A stretch of 64,000 nucleotides of DNA from assembly GCA_051313645.2 (NCBI GenBank), contig JBNRSN020000003.1, positions 51,212,001 to 51,276,000 of the forward strand. Reading direction: 5' to 3'. Below the pieces are notes generated by a model. The model was not told the DNA's origin. It searched no databases and saw nothing but the letters and a program-made list of their open reading frames with translations. This DNA comes from Centroscyllium fabricii (taxonomy: Eukaryota). The first letter of the stretch is position 1, and each line of letters opens with the position of its first letter. The position numbers were made by a program, and so were the translations under genes. Positions 24,740 through 36,400 of the stretch are shown here, piece after piece.

Positions 24740-25509
24740 TAGATTTTGGTAGGAAGAAAGAGGAGAGGCTATATAAGCTAAAGGATACAATTCTAAAAGG
24801 AGTGGAGGAATAGAGAGACCTGGGGGTATATGGGCACAAATCGCTGAAGGTGGCAGGGCAGGTTGAGAACGCGGTTAAGAAAGCTTATGGGATCCTGGAC
24901 TTCATGAATAGTGGCATAGAGTACAAAAGCAAGGAAATTATGATGAACCTTCTTAAACACTGGTTCGGTCTCAACTGAGTATTATGTCCAATTCTGGGCA
25001 CCACATTTTAGGAAGGATGTGAAGGCCTTAGAGAGGGTGCAGAAAAGATTTACAAGAATAGTTCCAGGGATGAGGGGATCTGGGGTTGTTCTCCTTAGAG
25101 CACAGAAGGTTGAGGGGAGATTTGATAGAGGTGTTCAAAAGCATGAGGGGTCTAGACAGAGTAGATAGAGGGAAACTGTTCCCATTTGTGGAAGGGGCAA
25201 GAAACAGGACACAGATTTAAGGTGATTGGCAGAAGAAGGGGACGTGAGGAAAACCTTTTTTATTCAGCGAGTGGTTAGGATCTGCAATGCGATGCCTGAA
25301 AGGGTGGTGGAGGCAGATTCAATCACAGCTTTCAAAAGGGAATTGGATAAGTACCTGAAGGGGAAAAAATATTGCAGGGCTATGAGGAAAGGGCGGAGGA
25401 GTGGGACTAGCTGAAGTGCTCTTGCAGAGAGCTGGCACGGGCTCGACGAGCCAAATGGCCTCCTTCTGTGCTGTAACCATTCTATGATTCTATGATTTGT
25501 ATCCAGCAG

Positions 25510-25610
25510 GATGCTGTGTCTGCACTCCTGGAGAGGACATCTGTTGAGCTGCAGGCAGTAGAACAGGAGCTGGCTACAGAGGAAGGAGATGCTGCACCAG
25601 GCGAAGATTG
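25510..25610 (+). CDS. WWC2: WWC2 exon (alternative NAGNAG start at 25507)
   Basis: cagcag|GAT...GATTG|gtactg; DAVSALLERTSVELQAVEQELATEEGDAAPGEDW. Confidence 0.92.
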
Positions 25611-26256
25611 GTACTGCAATCCTTGTGATATTCTACAATTCACCTTTTCAATGGAGCATTCTTCTTTCGTTTGTATAAGAACAGTGACAATGTTGTCCCA
25701 CATGAGTTCCGCTAGACTCCCACCATAACTCCACTGAGAGTCTGGCGGAATGTCCTGGATGTAGAGGTTTTTGTGTCCATGTTACTAACTTTGTTCCTGG
25801 GACTGCAGTCCCAAGCACTTTGTAATCCTCCGAAATGATGCACTATGGATGAAACCCAGGCCGGCACTCACAGTCCACTGCATATTGAGCTTTTAACTTC
25901 TAATGCGCCACCCTGGGCAGGTGCTGAGTAGAAGCCAGACATTCTCTGGAGGAAAGGGGAAAAATGAAACGACAACCGTTTGAATTGAACGATCAGGCCT
26001 ACAGTTTTAATAGAGTGCTTTCACTTGCTCTTCGGATGCTGGGATTGGGATTGATCCACCTCCTAGTATCATTGGTTGACAGGAGGAAGAGTGATAATAG
26101 CAACAAGTCTCAGCTATGGCAATATCCCACAGCTGGGCAGTCCATGAATAGAGCCATACAGAGCAGCAGGGCTGCCACCGTCACAGGAAAGGAGAAGGTG
26201 GGCTGCAAATGGCCTTCAGGCCACATTATAAGCAGCAGTGATACGTACCATGATTA

Positions 26257-27940
26257 GTCATAGTCATAGAGTTATACAGCACAGAAAGATGCCCTTCGGC
26301 CCATCGCGTCCGCGCCGGTCTTCAAGCCCTGTCTACTCTAATCCCATTTTCTTGCATTTGGTCCGTAGCCTTGTATGCTATGGCATTTCAAGTGCTCATC
26401 TAAATGCTTCTTGAATGTTGTGAGGGTTCCCGCCTCGACCACCCTTTCAGGCAGTGAGTTCCAGATTCCAAACACCCTCTGGGTGAAAAAGTTCTTCCTC
26501 AAATCCCCTCTAAACCTCCCGCCCCTTACCTTGAAACTATGCCCCCTTATTATTGACCCCACTACTAAGGGAAAAAGTTCCTTTCTATCTACCCTATCTA
26601 TGCCCCTCATAATTTTGTACACCTCAATCAGGTCCCCCCTCAGCCTTCTCTGCTCCAAGGAAAACAACCCCAGCCTGTCCAGTCTTTCTTCATAGTTGAA
26701 GCGCTCCAGCCCAGGTAACATCCTGGTGAATCTCCTCTCCAAAGCAATCACATCCTTCCTATAGTGTGGCGACCAGAACTGCACACAGTACTCCAGCTGT
26801 GGCCTTACCAGCGTTTTGTGCAGCTCCATCATAACCTCCCTGCTCTTATAATCTATGCCTCGGCTAATGAAGGCAAGTATCCCATATGCCCTTTTAACCA
26901 CCTTATCTACCTGTCCTGCTGCCTTCAGGGATCTATGTACATGCACACCAAGGTCCCTCTGATCCTCTGTCTTTCCTAGGGTCTTACCATTCATTGGGCC
27001 CTGTTTTCCTGTGGCCCGATTGCTGCGGGTGCGCGCTCACGTGCACCCGCGGCGCACACGCACGTAATTAATTTTTTTTTTCTGACGGCAATTTCCTGTG
27101 GAAAATGCCGGGTTTTTTTCCTGTGTAGGGGTCTGTTTTTTTTTGGTGCGTGGTGCTTTGTGCGTAGGTTGTGAGCAGGCCACGCCCACTGAGGTCGGCT
27201 TTCCCCCCGCACAAAGCACAGAATCGGCCTCAGGACAAAGAATATCGGGTAGGAAGCACCTTGTTTTTTTTAAGTTTCTAGGAAGCACCTTGTTTTTTTT
27301 AAGTTTCTAGGAAGCACCTTTTTTTTTGGTGGAAGTGAAAAAAACACGTTTAAAGGTAAGTTTTTTTTTGATTCCTTTGCAGATATTTGTCTGTGGTCTT
27401 TCAGCTTTTAAATGGGTAGGGTTTTTTTTCTTTTGGTGAAAGTGAAAAAAAAACGGGTTTTTAACGCGAATTAAGCAGCTGTGATGGCCATCAGAGCTGC
27501 TGACATCGCGTTAAAAACCCGTTTTTTTTTCACTTTCACCAAAAGAAAAAAAAAACTTCCCATTTAAAAGCTGAAAGACCACAGACAAATATCTGCAAAG
27601 GAATCAAAACAAAACTTACCTTTAAACGTGTTTCTCCACTTCTCAAAGCTGCTGCAGCACCTCTAAGACTGCTTTTTAAATGTGCAGCTGAAGAGAGACT
27701 TGCCCACGTGATACACACGCATTTTGAGCAGCTGCCACAGGAAATCGGCAGCTCAAAGTCTTCCTGGGTAGGAAGCTGAAGCCCCTTGCCCATCAGCACA
27801 GGAAATTCACGTTTCTGGTAATCACCCGAGCTGCACCCCCACGAGGCATTTCTGACCCCCCTTCGTTGGGGTGCAGCTCTTCTGGAGCACAGGAAAACAG
27901 GGCCCATTGTGTATTCCCTTGCCTTGTTAGTCCTTCCAAA
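26257..27940 (-). mobile_element. CR1 LINE 3' part with nested MITE
   Basis: 218-aa ORF 26338-26994 (RDLGV, RPQLEYCVQFWSP, RRLRGDLIEVYK). Confidence 0.92.
26996..27905. mobile_element. MITE with internal long palindrome
   Basis: 18-bp TIRs gggccctgttttcctgtg / cacaggaaaacagggccc; ATT TSD. Confidence 0.88.
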
Positions 27941-28247
27941 ATCCTTTCAACAACTCCATTATTATTGTATCACGTGGCTACCAAGATGGTAAAAAAGAGC
28001 GAGCTGGGTGGACCTTGGTCTTTTTTCATCTAGCAATTGCTAAGTTCCTATACATAGAAGTTACAACAGCAGGCTGTACAGTCCAGCCAGTCTGTGCCAT
28101 TGTTTCCTCTCCATACAAGCAAATAGTCCTAATCACATGTGCCTACCCTGTTCTTCAACTCTTCATCCACCTATCCAGTCTCATCTTGAACGTTGGCAAA
28201 GGGTGGAACTAGATGAAGCCCTGTAATATTTTTATAACTTGTTGCAG

Positions 28248-28425
28248 GCTGGAGATGCTGGTGGAAGATACTGCTGAGGCACAGGAAGAAGGAGATGACA
28301 CTGGCATAGCGGCAGAGGCGAAAGAGGATGCTGCAGAACTGATTGTATCTCAAGAAACACCCCAGAGTATGACTGAGGAGGAAAGTGGTGGTGTGACAGA
28401 GTCACCAACAGTGCTGCCAACTCTG
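28248..28425 (+). CDS. WWC2: WWC2 exon, Glu-rich region
   Basis: tgcag|G...CTG|gtagga; LEMLVEDTAEAQEEGDD...PTVLPTL; phase fits both neighbours. Confidence 0.88.
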
Positions 28426-29229
28426 GTAGGAATGGTCACCATTATGCACCTCCATTAAAAAGGGGCCCAATTTTGTGCACTGCTCAAGCAACTTTGGCAC
28501 TGAACATGTTGGCATTGCATTTATCCTCTCCTCTCCCCCACACATCAACAGAAATGTATTTGTGCTTTAGCATGGAATGACACGAGAGTTGCAATTGTAC
28601 AGATGAGAAAATTGGATGGGGCGGGGAAAGAAAATATAAATTGAAGCTCGAGCAGTCGCAGGCATCCCTGGGCTAGGAGCTCTTGACTGTTTGTCTATTT
28701 GAGTCAGTGGGATGTCCAGCTGGCTGGTATACTATTGTGTGCCAGTAAGTTGGCTGCAGAGTTAAGTAAGTAAATCTTGAGAGAATTTCAAAATGTGCCA
28801 GACTTGGCAGATCCTGGCATTAAAATCTGGCTGGTGGTATAAGCCGGTTTTTACACACTACCTATGCCCATAATCATGGTACATATGCCACTAAATGTTG
28901 GACGACTGGGCATTAGGGTGGGTGCCAGTTACCTCAAGATTTCACTGGACTGTCCAGCATCTGTGCCTCTTACACTTGCAATGCCTCGTCATTATGTTTT
29001 AATGGAAGTGGTTTTGAATGTAAGGCTCCAGTGAATAACTTGATGCATTTATATTACAAAACTGCTTCTCTTTCAAGTGACCCTGGAATAGCTTTGTGAA
29101 AGCAGAGTTGTTTGAAAGCGAGTTTTGACTTTTAATTTCTGTCCACTAAACCTGCCCCTGGGAAAGGACAGTGCCAGCCACTGCTGTGACAACCACATTG
29201 CTGGCATGTGTGGTCAGGCAAGACTGCCT

Positions 29230-30057
29230 GGGGGTTAAATTCGGTGGCTTGCGCCTGCCGTTAGCACCCAAAGATGGCGCTAATGGAGTGCAAGGCACTT
29301 AGCGCCTGGGCTCGCGCCTCCCGCGATATTAAGTGGGGCGCTGACGTGGGCGGTACCTGGTAGCGCCCCACTGAATATTACACACTGTTCGCCACCGGGG
29401 ATGATGTCATAAGAGCGCGCGGCAACCGTCTCGCGCCCAATGGATCAAAATTGAGTCACGCCCGGCAACCGTCTCGCGCCCAAGGGATCGAAATTGAGTC
29501 GCGCTCGCTGACTTTCGGGCGAACGCTGCCCGCGACAGCTTCATCCTGTCGTTACTGCAGCGGGGGAGCGCTGCTTAAAGGGGAGGGTGCTGGGCGGCCA
29601 TTTTTGTTGCTGGCCGACTGCCAGCACCTTCCCCCTCTGCTGCCCCCGGCCTCCCCCGCTGCCCCACCGCCGCCCCCACCCCCCGCCTCCTGCAGTGTCA
29701 TGCCTCTGCTCACTGAGCCCAGCACGTCCCTCGAGTGCCAGGCTCCTTCGGCGGCATGGCGGTCCACGGCGGCCCCGCGGGGTTACGGCCAAAACCGCAC
29801 TAGGCCCCTCCCCCTCAATCAGGGGAGGAAGGCCTGCAGTACCGCGACGCGGCACTCTGTGCTGCGTGGCGCTTTCACCGGAACTTCAGCTGTAGCGCCT
29901 AAAGAACGAGGTCGGGCACCTGTAATAGCGCCCGACCTCCTACGATGGGCGCTACAACCGAATATCAGCGGTAACGGCGCCAGCGGCAGGCAGACGCTAA
30001 AAGTAGCGCTGCGCCGAGGTTACCGCCAATAAATGTGCGCGACCGAATTTATCCCCC
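29230..30057. mobile_element. GC-rich Harbinger-like MITE (tagcgc-motif family)
   Basis: TIRs ggggttaaattcggt / accgaatttatcccc; repeated tagcgc/gcgcta motifs. Confidence 0.7.
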
Positions 30058-30302
30058 CTAGAGGCAGCCATTTACATTGCTGCACCTGCACTGCTACTTA
30101 CAGAGGGGCTGAGGAAAACTGCTTCTCTATGTTGGCTTAGGCTCTTTCTGAGTTAGTGCACTGCCCTATTTACCTTACAGAACTGGGCCTGCTCTTAGTA
30201 AAGGTAAATGCAACATTGGTGTTTCGTGAACTATCCTTTGAGCAGTTATCATAGATTCCATTGAACAGCAGCTGACAGAATGTTTGCACCCAATGTGCAC
30301 AG

Positions 30303-30467
30303 GTTGACAAGGAAGTGAACACGGAGGAGGCTATGATAGAGTGTGTGGCCGTCAGGCCTAAGGACAGGACCAACCTGAACAATCGGCAAAAGCATTTTGT
30401 ACGGAACAGCATGATTGTGAGATCCCAAACCTTTTCTCCAGGAGAAAGAAACCAGTATATTTGCAGG
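30303..30467 (+). CDS. WWC2: WWC2 exon
   Basis: acag|GTT...AGG|gtaaga; VDKEVNTEE...AVRPKDR...FVRNSMIVRSQTFSPGERNQYICR. Confidence 0.95.
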
Positions 30468-30527
30468 GTAAGAAAATTCTTCTCCACCATATTTATAGCG
30501 ATTCACAATTGTTTGGTTCATACATAA

Positions 30528-31534
30528 TGGCCCAGAAATTCGGGGCCCAACGCGTGAGTACGGACGGTGTACTCACGCGTGGGCCCGTCGGAATTGCCGG
30601 TTTCCGGCATGCACCGCGCATGCGCGAGAAATCGGCAATTCCGATCCAGGGACAGAAGGGGTCAAATGTCCGAGCGCGTTTGCGCGCGCGCCAGGGGTGC
30701 GCAATGCACTTCCGATTTTTTCACAGGTTTGTATCAGGGTAGGTATTTGAAATATTTACTGCTGATATTTTCAAGCGCAAAGAGTGGATTTCATCAGGTA
30801 AGTCTTTATTTTATTCAATTTAAACATTTTTTCCCACAGGTTTTTCGTTTTTAAATAATTTAAAGAAAGGTAAGTTGTTTTTAGACCCATTAAATACTTT
30901 AATTATTTTTTTCAAAATTTTTATTTTTTGTTTAGAATTATGTGATTGATAGTAATTTAAAAAAATGTGATTTAAAAAAAAAAAAAAAAATTTAAGATTT
31001 AGTGTGGTTTCGGGGCTGTAGTAATTCATATGTGAGTCCAAAGATGTGCGGGTTAGGTTGATTGGCCATGATAAATTGACCCTTAGTGTTAGAGGGATTG
31101 AATATGTGGGGTTACGGGGATTGGGTGGGATATGTGTCGGTGCAGGCTCAATAGGGATCGAGGGATATGGGGACAAGGCAGGGACAGGGTGCTGGGTTTG
31201 AATGATCAGCCATGATCTCATTGAATGGTGAAGCAGGCTCGAAGGGCCGAATGGCCTACTCGTGCTCCTATCTTCTATGTTTCTATATGTTTGACAGCTC
31301 TTCCTGTCAAACTCATGAATGGAGCATTCTTTGCTCCAATTGGCTCCCCGCAGACCATGTGATCCCGCGCGGAGCCTCGCACTAACTCCGACGTTCAGAG
31401 GCACCAGCGCGGCCCTCAGCAGGGCCTAGGATCGGGATTTCAAGTGGGTGGAATCGGGAACGGCAGGCGCGCTCCATAAGTGTGGGTTGGAGGCTTGCAC
31501 TCGCGGAAAGCCTCCAACCCGAATTTTTGGGCCA
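30528..31534. mobile_element. Harbinger-like MITE with nested truncated V-SINE (about 31035-31290)
   Basis: TIRs tggcccagaaattcgg / ccgaatttttgggcca; AT-rich core; inverse copy at 58681-59442. Confidence 0.8.
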
Positions 31535-31849
31535 TTATTTACTCTAAGTTTGTCAAATCTATGATCTCATGGTTCCAGCGGCAAGGGTCCATGTTGCAGG
31601 CCCACCGCCCATGATTTTCGATCGATAATGGACAGAAATGTACAGTCAGCGAGCCTGTGATTTCCCGTAAGATGTTCCCCGTGTGTGTTTCCGTGACAGA
31701 AGCATGTGTTTGCAGAATAGGCCCTAGTACGTCTACATGCAGATGTGTTTATTATAAAAGTAAGCTCAGTATCTGCTGCCCACTATGAATTCTGAGGATA
31801 GACCTATAAATCATGCTCCTACTGTGTTGCTCCCCATTCTAATACCATA

Positions 31850-32305
31850 GAATCAGAGAATAATACAGTACAGAAGAAGGCCATTCAGCCCATCATGCCT
31901 GCCCCGGCTCTTTAAAAGATCTCTCCAATTAGTCTCACTCCCCTGCTCTTTCCCCAAACCCTGCAAATTTTTCCCCTTCAAGTATTTATCCAATTCCCCT
32001 TTGAAAGTTATTATTGAATCTACTTCCACCGCCCTTTCAGACTGCATTCCAGATCACCATAACTCGCAGCGTAAAACTCTCATGTCGCCTCTGGTTCTTT
32101 TGCCAATTTCCTTAAATCTGTATCCTTTGGTTACCGACCCCTCTGCCACTGGAAACAGTTTCTCTTTATCTACTCTATCACAACCCCTCATGATTTTGAA
32201 CCCCTCTATCAAATCTCCCCTTAATCTTCTCTGCTCCAAGGAGAACAACTCCAACTTCTCCAGTCTCTCCACATAACTGACGTCCCGCATCCCTGGTACC
32301 ATTCA
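31850..32305 (-). mobile_element. CR1 LINE 3' fragment
   Basis: SYVERLEKLELFSLEQRRLRGDLIEGFKI plus tail. Confidence 0.88.
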
Positions 32306-32322
32306 CTGTCACTTACAATCTC

Positions 32323-32791
32323 GATGTGGAGCTGCCGGTGTTGGACTGGGGTGGACAATTGTAAGAAGTCACACAACACCAGGTTATAGTCCAACAGATT
32401 TATTTGAAATCACAAGCTTTCGGAGCGCTGCTCCTTCGTCGCATGCAGTGAAGAGATGCACATAGGCACAGTATATATATAATGAGAGAACACTGCCAGA
32501 TGATTGCGGGTAATTTTTCTAATTGCTCTTTGTCACATCTCGGCAGAGAGATAATCACAGCTATCAGAGGTGTGAATGGTGTCCAAACAGGTCAGTCCGA
32601 AAACATTACATCAAAGAACAATGAGGTGGGGTCACAAGTGGTCAAATGCTGCACATGCTGGGGTCTGTATGAAAAACAAAAAACAATAAAAAAAATAAAA
32701 AAAATTGCTGGATGTCACAGCAGGACCAGCTGCATAAGCTTGTGATTTCAAATAAAACTGTTGGACTATAACCTGGTGTTGTGTGACTTCT
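32323..32791 (-). mobile_element. Penelope-like element end with inverted pLTR copy
   Basis: 56-bp inverted repeat (32364-32419 / 32736-32791); flanked by tcacttacaatctc duplication. Confidence 0.8.
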
Positions 32792-33346
32792 CACTTACAA
32801 TCTCAACATTCACTAGAATGACTTTCTTCCATGTTTCCTTACCTCCCTTGTACCAGCGAACTTGCTGTCTACCATTCTTAAGTATGTCACAGAAATAAAC
32901 AGTTGTTGATTCATTCCCTTGTCCCTCATTGTAATGGCACCACCAATACTGACCAGCACTGAACACAGACCACATTAATTATGTAGCCGACAGCAGTTTA
33001 TGGTAGAGTCAAAATAGTAGCAGAATTGAGACAAAAGTGTAATCAGGGAAGAGCATTATTATAATACTGTGGCGACACGCCCACCAGGACCATCGAATCC
33101 GCCTCGGGAGTACTGCGAGACGGCCCCGCCCGCCGGGCGGCGTGATGACGTCACCGCGACTTCCGGCGTGATGACATCGCCAGGTGGACACCCGGCAGTG
33201 ACGTCACCAACCGCGGGTCCTTTAAATACCCTGGTTCCAGGTGGCTCAGCCTCTTTGCTACCTGGCCATAGTTGGGTTAACATTAAATGATTGTTTTCCG
33301 AATTCTCTGTGTCCAGCGTGGTTCTTCAGGCCTGCATGCTCTACAG

Positions 33347-33358
33347 TGGTGACCTCGA
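33347..33358 (+). promoter_or_regulatory. Primer-binding site, tRNA-Trp type
   Basis: TGGTGACCTCGA versus canonical tRNA-Trp PBS TGGTGACCCCGA (one G:U pair), 1 nt after the 5' LTR. Confidence 0.75.
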
Positions 33359-33443
33359 TACTTGGAACGAATTCCAAGGGAACATAATGAAGCAGTTGCT
33401 GCAGGACTGAGGGCCAAGCTGCCTCAGTTGAATCACAACCACC

Positions 33444-36400
33444 ATGCCAGCAGGGAGCCAAACAGCACGACTCCACAGACTGGGCCAGAACTACGGCCAA
33501 ATTCCAAACTTGCCAGAGTTCTGGGAACTACGTCCAGCGGCCTGGTTCCTCAGCACAGAGAACACCTACCGCATCCATGGCATACAGGGGGACGATCGAT
33601 ACAGCCTGCTCTTCGCAGCCCTTTCACAGACCACGGTCGACCGAATGTGGTCATCGATACAGCACGAACCAACTGCTGGCAGGTACGAATCGCTGAAGGC
33701 CACGCTGCTAAAAAAATTCACCCCCACCCAATTCGAGCGCGACTGCCAGCTCATTAACCTCCCCGAACTCGGGGACGCAGACCCAACGGACCTCTGGGCC
33801 CAAATGGAAGCGCTCAACTGCGACCCGGCCACCATTAAGCGCGCCTTGTTCCTCCTCAAACTGCCCCCCTCCGTCAGACCGGCTCTGACGGTCCTTGATC
33901 ACTACACTAAAGAGCAACTGGCTGAGGAGGCCGACAAGCTGATGATGGCCGAGCGCACCCGAGCCGCCACGTGCCAACCCACTGCTGCTCCACCGGAGCA
34001 GTACTACGCGCACCCCAAGTCCGAACCCAGGCCAGTGCGTACCCGTAAAAAGCCACGCACCACAGGCCCCGGCTGGTGCTACTACCACACCAGGTTTGAA
34101 GACAAAGCGCAGCGCTGCGTCCAGCCCTGCACCTTCAAACCCCAAACCAGCCCAAGCCCCACCATGTCCGTAGGCCGCTCCGGAGCACTGCTCTTCGTCA
34201 CGGACAGCGGCTCAGGCCTCCGCTTCCTCTGCGACACAGGCGCACAGCACAGCATCGTGCCAGCCTCCCCCGCAGAAACCAAGCAAGGCACCCAAGGCCC
34301 ACCACTCGAAGCCGCAAACGGCTCCGAGATAGTTACGTTCGGCACCCGCCAGCTTACCATCAAGCTGGCAGGCCACACGTACAAGTGGGACTTCATCACA
34401 GCCCAAGTCAAAATACCCCTACTCGGGGCCGACTTTCTGTGCGCCCACGGCCTACTGGTCGATGTTACCAGACGCCGCCTGGTCGACATCCACAACATGT
34501 CGACCATCCCATGCTCCACAGGGCCGGCACACCAGACCTACGCGGCATCCCACTGCCGAGCCCGGAACTCCGACACGTACGCCACGCTCCTCACGGAGTT
34601 CCCAGCCCTCACCAACCCCACCTTCACAGCCCGTACGGCCAAGCACGAGGTGGAGCCACACATCACCACCACAGGCCCCCCAGTCCATGCCCACGCACGT
34701 AGGCTGGACCCGGCCAAGCTGGAGATCGCGCGCGCCGAGTTCCACATCATGGAACAACTCGGCATAATCTGCCGCTCCAGCAGCCCCTGGGCCTCCCCCC
34801 TCCACATTGCCCCCAAACCCGGCGGCGGCTGGCGCCCCTGCGGAGACTACTGCCGTCTCAACAACGCCACCACCCCAGACAGGTACCCCGTCCCCAACAT
34901 CCAAGACTTCTCAGCAAGGCTAGCCGGCTGCACGATCTTTTCAAAGATCGACCTGGTACGGGGCTACCACCAGGTACCAGTGCACCCGGCGGACGTCCCT
35001 AAGACAGCCGTCATTACCCCCTTCGGCCTTTTTGAATTCCTCCGAATGCCCTTCGGACTTAAAAACGCGGCCCAGGCCTTCCAACGCCTCATGGACTCAG
35101 TCCTGCGGGACTTGCAGTTCACGTTCGTCTACCTAGACGACATCCTCGTGGCCAGCACCTCCCCCCAGGAACACCTCCTCCACCTCAAGGCCCTTTTCAA
35201 CCGCCTGGTCGAACACAGCCTCATATTAAGCCCCTCCAAATGTCGATTCGGCCTCGAGATGATCGACTTCCTCGGCCACCACATCTCCCAGACCGGGGCC
35301 ATACCCCTGCCCTCCAAGGTGCAGGCGGTCCAGGAATTTCCCCGCCCGCACTCCATCAAGGGGCTGCAGGAATTCCTTGGGATGGTCAATTTTTATAACC
35401 GCTTCATCCCTGGAGCAGCCGCCCTCATGGCCCCCCTCTACCACGCCACCCGCGGACAGTCCAACAAGGCTGCGGTCGAGTGGACGGCCGAAGCCACCAC
35501 CGCCTTTACCGCAACCAAAACCGCCCTGGCCAACGCCACGCTCCTCACCCACCCTAGGCCCAACGCCAGAGTAGCACTCACCACCGACGCCTCCGACCGC
35601 GCCGTCGGAGCAGTCTTTGAGCAGTGGACAGGCGACTCCTGGCAACCCCTGGCCTTTTTCAGCCGACAACTCCGGCCCCCGGAGGTCAAGTACAGCGCCT
35701 TCGATAGGGAGCTACTCGCTCTCTACCTCGCGGTGCGCCACTTCCGCTTCCTCCTAGAGGGCCGCCACTTTACAGCCTTCGTGGATCACAAGCCACTTGT
35801 GTCTGCAATGGCCAAGATCTCTGAACCCTGGTCGGCCAGGCAGCAGCGCCAGCTCGCGGCTGTGTCGGAGTTTACCACCGACATTCAGCACATCGCCGGC
35901 CGCGACAACGTGGTCGCCGACTGCCTCTCACGCCCCACCATCAACTCCGTTCAAACGGCTGTTGACTACGCCAAACTGGCGGCCGACCAACTGACCGACC
36001 CCGATCTGCTCGACCCAGCTACCAACCTCCCCGGCCTGCTCTTGGCCACCGTAGCACACGGGCCCACAGCCACGGAGGTCCGCTGCGACGCCTCCCTCCC
36101 GCAGCCCAGACCCGTCGTCCCCCACGCATGGAGGCGACACATCTTCCAGACCCTCCATGACCTGTCCCACCCCGGCGTCCGCGCGTCCACAAAGCTGATC
36201 TCTGCGCATTTCGTTTGGCGCAGCCTGCGCAAGGATGTCCGCGCCTGGACCAACACCTGCAATGCCTGCCAGCGCGCCAAGGTGCACAAGCACATCAAGG
36301 CGCCACTTGAAACGATCGCCATCGCAGCTAGACGCTTCAGCCACGTCCATATCGACCTGGTTGGACCACTACCACCATCACGGGGACATACACATGTCAT

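Larger units (their letters stand above)
23190..25497 (+). mobile_element. CR1 LINE (RT to 3' tail) with nested MITE and solo LTR
   Basis: FDKVPH...GSVLGPLL...YINDL...DDTKL; resumes at about 24740; ends in (attctatg)2. Confidence 0.88.

Noticed and set aside
29451-30032. 193-aa Pro/Ala-rich ORF
   Set aside because: Lies inside a GC-rich MITE; low complexity, with no splice context linking it to WWC2.
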